DNA of 28,392 bases, from NCBI GenBank assembly GCA_022709625.1, contig JAKLIL010000001.1, forward strand, positions 1 to 28,392, written 5' to 3'. Each line of letters starts with the position of its first letter. Positions within the stretch are counted from its first letter, which is position 1. This document shows positions 25,958 through 28,392 of this stretch, one piece after another. The position numbers and the translations under genes are program-made. Source of the DNA: Verrucomicrobiota bacterium. Its GTDB lineage: Bacteria; Verrucomicrobiota; Kiritimatiellia; CAIQIC01; Lenti-01. The notes below the pieces were generated by a model. That model worked only from the letters and a program-made list of their open reading frames with translations, had not been told where the DNA came from and searched no databases.

Positions 25958-26231
25958 ATTTTACTGGCTTTCGAGCCGATCCGGGGTTGTTGATTGGCAG
26001 ATTTTCCGCGGATTTTCGGGCATTTTCAATGCCAAAAACGCCTGTCAAGTGCCGAAAAATCCGTTTTCCGCAAAAACAGGGGCCCACCACGTATTGACAT
26101 GGCTGAAATCATCCATCCCATATCTGGTTGTCCATCAGAAAAAACGGGATTCCAGCGAGGTTGGGGCTTGTCCATTCGCGGATGGGCCACTAGGGTCGGG
26201 ACCGTTTTCGGGGCTGAAGACCGGAAAGCGG

Positions 26232-26252
26232 TTGTTCACAAGTTGTGGATAA
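26232..26252. promoter_or_regulatory. Inverted pair of DnaA boxes upstream of dnaA
   Basis: TTGTTCACA (26232-26240, one mismatch to TTWTNCACA) and perfect TGTGGATAA (26244-26252). Confidence 0.8.
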
Positions 26253-26382
26253 GTGGTCGGAAGCCCCTGTCTGCCGAGTCCGAATGGATGTCGGCGGGTG
26301 GGTTGCGGACGGAGAAATTTGAATTGTGCCGGCGTGCCCGCCATGCGAGAGTGGCAGGTCGAGGCAGGAAGAGGATCTTTCG

Positions 26383-27756
26383 GTGGAAGCGAACAAGGCG
26401 AAGCAGATTTGGGCGAAAGCCTGCGAATACCTCTCGTCCGCGATTTCCGCGGACATCTACAATCGCTGGATCGGCGTGATCGCGGCGACGGGCGACGACA
26501 AGGCCGGCCAATTGACGTTGACGGTGCCGAACGGATTCTACCAGGACTGGCTGGAAGAGCACTACCTGCCGCTGATCCGCAAGGCGCTGGGGATTTCGGA
26601 CCTGGACCATCTCGCCATCGTCTTCATGGTGGACGGCTCGCGGCAAGCCGCGGAAACCACGGACAAGGCGGGGGAGGAAAAGGAAAAGCCGGCGAAAGCC
26701 CGGATCGTGAAATCGTACAACGCGGGGGCGGCGCTCAATCCGCGGCACACGTTCGACAACTTCGTGGTCGGACCCTCGAACACGTTCGCGCACGCGGCGG
26801 CGCTGGCGGTGGTGGATTCGCCGGGACGCGCCTACAACCCGCTGTTCATCCACGGCGGCACGGGGCTGGGGAAGACGCACCTGATCCAGGCGATGGGCCA
26901 GGCGCTTCTCCAGCGGGGCAAGGGGACGGTGTGCTACACCACTTGCGAAACCTTCACCAACGAGTTCATCCAGGCAGTCCAGCAGCACGAAATTTCGGGC
27001 TTCCGGAAAAAATACCGCCACATCGACCTGCTCCTGATCGACGACGTCCATTTCCTCGCCAGCAAGGAAGGCATCCAGGAGGAATTCTTCCACACCTTCA
27101 ATTCGCTCCACCAAAACCAGAAGCAGATCGTGATGACGAGCGACCGGCCCATCGGCGAAATCGCCAACCTGCAGAAGCGCCTCGTGTCGCGCTTCGAATG
27201 GGGGCTGGTGACGGAAATGGAGATGGTGGACCTCGAGACCCGGGTGGCGATCCTGCGGCGGAAACGCGAGGAACTCCGGCTGCAGCTGGAAGATCCCGCG
27301 CTGTTTTTCATCGCCCAGCACGTGAAGTCCAACATCCGCAAGCTCGAAGGCGCCCTCCTGCGCGCGGCGTCGTACGCCTCCCTGACCCGCAAGCCGCTGA
27401 CGGCGGAATCGCTGGAATACCTTCTGCGCGACACCATCGAACAGGAAAACCAAAACGCCCTGACCATCGAGGGCATCCAGCGGATGGTCGCGGAATACTA
27501 CGACATCCGCCTGGGCGACATGACCAGCAAGCAGCGCCCGCAGAACATCGCGTTCCCGCGGCAGGTGGCGATGTACCTCTGCCGGGAAATGACCGACCAG
27601 TCCCTGCCGGCGATCGGGAATTCGTTTGGCCGGAACCACGCGACCGTCATCCACGCCCACCGCACCGTCGGCGGGAAAATGAAGACGGACCCGAACCTGC
27701 GGCAAACCATCCTCTCGCTGCAGCAGCGCCTGGGCGGAGCCACCGCCCCGGCCTAG
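26383..27756 (+). CDS. dnaA: Chromosomal replication initiator DnaA
   Basis: GTG start after GAGGA. Motifs FDNFVVG.SN, AYNPLFIHGGTGLGKTHL, LLLIDDV, QEEFFHTFN, RLVSRF, NIRKLEGAL and PRQVAMYL. Confidence 0.98.
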   Translation: MEANKAKQIWAKACEYLSSAISADIYNRWIGVIAATGDDKAGQLTLTVPNGFYQDWLEEHYLPLIRKALGISDLDHLAIVFMVDGSRQAAETTDKAGEEKEKPAKARIVKSYNAGAALNPRHTFDNFVVGPSNTFAHAAALAVVDSPGRAYNPLFIHGGTGLGKTHLIQAMGQALLQRGKGTVCYTTCETFTNEFIQAVQQHEISGFRKKYRHIDLLLIDDVHFLASKEGIQEEFFHTFNSLHQNQKQIVMTSDRPIGEIANLQKRLVSRFEWGLVTEMEMVDLETRVAILRRKREELRLQLEDPALFFIAQHVKSNIRKLEGALLRAASYASLTRKPLTAESLEYLLRDTIEQENQNALTIEGIQRMVAEYYDIRLGDMTSKQRPQNIAFPRQVAMYLCREMTDQSLPAIGNSFGRNHATVIHAHRTVGGKMKTDPNLRQTILSLQQRLGGATAPA

Positions 27757-28052
27757 CGATGCGGCGCCGATGCCCGACCCTCGCCGTTCCAGTGCGGGGC
27801 CGTTTGCCGGCGGGAAACGTGCATAACGCCGTGGCAACCCCAGGAGCGCCTGTGGAAAACCGGCGGAAGTTGTGGGCATGTCCGGATACGGGGGGCGGAC
27901 CCACAGGGGTGGGGGGTGGTTTTCGACAGTCGAAAAACCGGTTTCAGGGCCTGTGGGGCGATTCTGGGCTTGATGTTCACACAACCCACAGGACATACTG
28001 ATACGGATTTATTTCTTTATAGATTGAAATCCCAGCAACAGGAGTCGGCGGA
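27757..28052. other. Probable oriC unwinding region (dnaA-dnaN spacer)
   Basis: TGTGGAAAA (27851-27859, consensus box); near-boxes at 27818, 27920, 27973 and 27982; AT-rich ATTTATTTCTTTATAGATTGAAAT (28007-28030). Confidence 0.75.
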
Positions 28053-28392
28053 ATGAAAATCAAAGTCAACAAAGACCCCATCATCGATTGCCTCCAAAAG
28101 GTCCAATCGGTGATCAATCCGCGCAACGCCTTGCCGGTCCTTTCCAACGTCCTGTTCAAGGCCGAGGGCAAGCAGCTCGAACTCACCGCGACCGACATGG
28201 CCCTGACCGTGCGCGCCACGCTGCCAGCCGAGGTCCTGGAACCCGGCGCCACGACCCTTCCCGCCAAGCGGATCTTCGGGGTGTTCCGCGAACTGAGCGT
28301 GGACGAAGCGGAGATGGAGGTCAACGACGCCAACATCGCCTTCATCCACGCCGGCAGCTCCTACTTCCGGATCCACGGCATTTCCGAAGCCG
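28053..28392 (+). CDS. dnaN: DNA polymerase III beta sliding clamp (5' part, runs off the window)
   Basis: Manual translation MKIKVNKDPIIDCLQKVQSVINPRNALPVLSNVLF...LELTATD...GATTLPAK; AGGAG RBS at 28040-28044; follows dnaA. Confidence 0.96.
   Translation, partial: MKIKVNKDPIIDCLQKVQSVINPRNALPVLSNVLFKAEGKQLELTATDMALTVRATLPAEVLEPGATTLPAKRIFGVFRELSVDEAEMEVNDANIAFIHAGSSYFRIHGISEA

Noticed and set aside
25958-26382. rpmH or another small gene divergent from dnaA
   Set aside because: No MKRT-type ORF on the minus strand; small ORFs here have no recognisable motifs.
1-28392. CRISPR arrays, IS elements, prophage genes, rRNA
   Set aside because: No regularly spaced repeats, transposase, integrase, phage or rRNA signatures seen.

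Overview
GC-rich bacterial chromosome segment that spans the probable replication origin. The lineage is probably PVC superphylum (Kiritimatiellae/Lentisphaerae-like); this is inferred only from the pilin-like and prenyltransferase-repeat proteins. Left to right: murA and glmS (-); a type IV pilin-like gene and DUF212 (-); an orphan AbiEi-like gene and an S8 protease (+); trxA, FmdB-like, carbamate kinase, DUF296 and recC-recB-recD (+); tRNA-Lys(UUU) (-); mnmE-mnmG (+), with two parS sites inside an in-frame insertion of mnmG; an ECF sigma/anti-sigma pair (-) divergent from a secreted prenyltransferase/squalene-cyclase-repeat protein (+); an alpha/beta hydrolase and Xaa-Pro peptidase (-); dnaA, an oriC-like spacer and the start of dnaN (+). 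The best candidate for an undescribed system is 21318-23933. There the anti-sigma's outer domain carries the same QW-like repeats as the divergent secreted protein, and that gene has a candidate ECF promoter and a leader with two hairpins whose loops are exactly complementary. All family calls come from motif recognition by eye; no database search was run.
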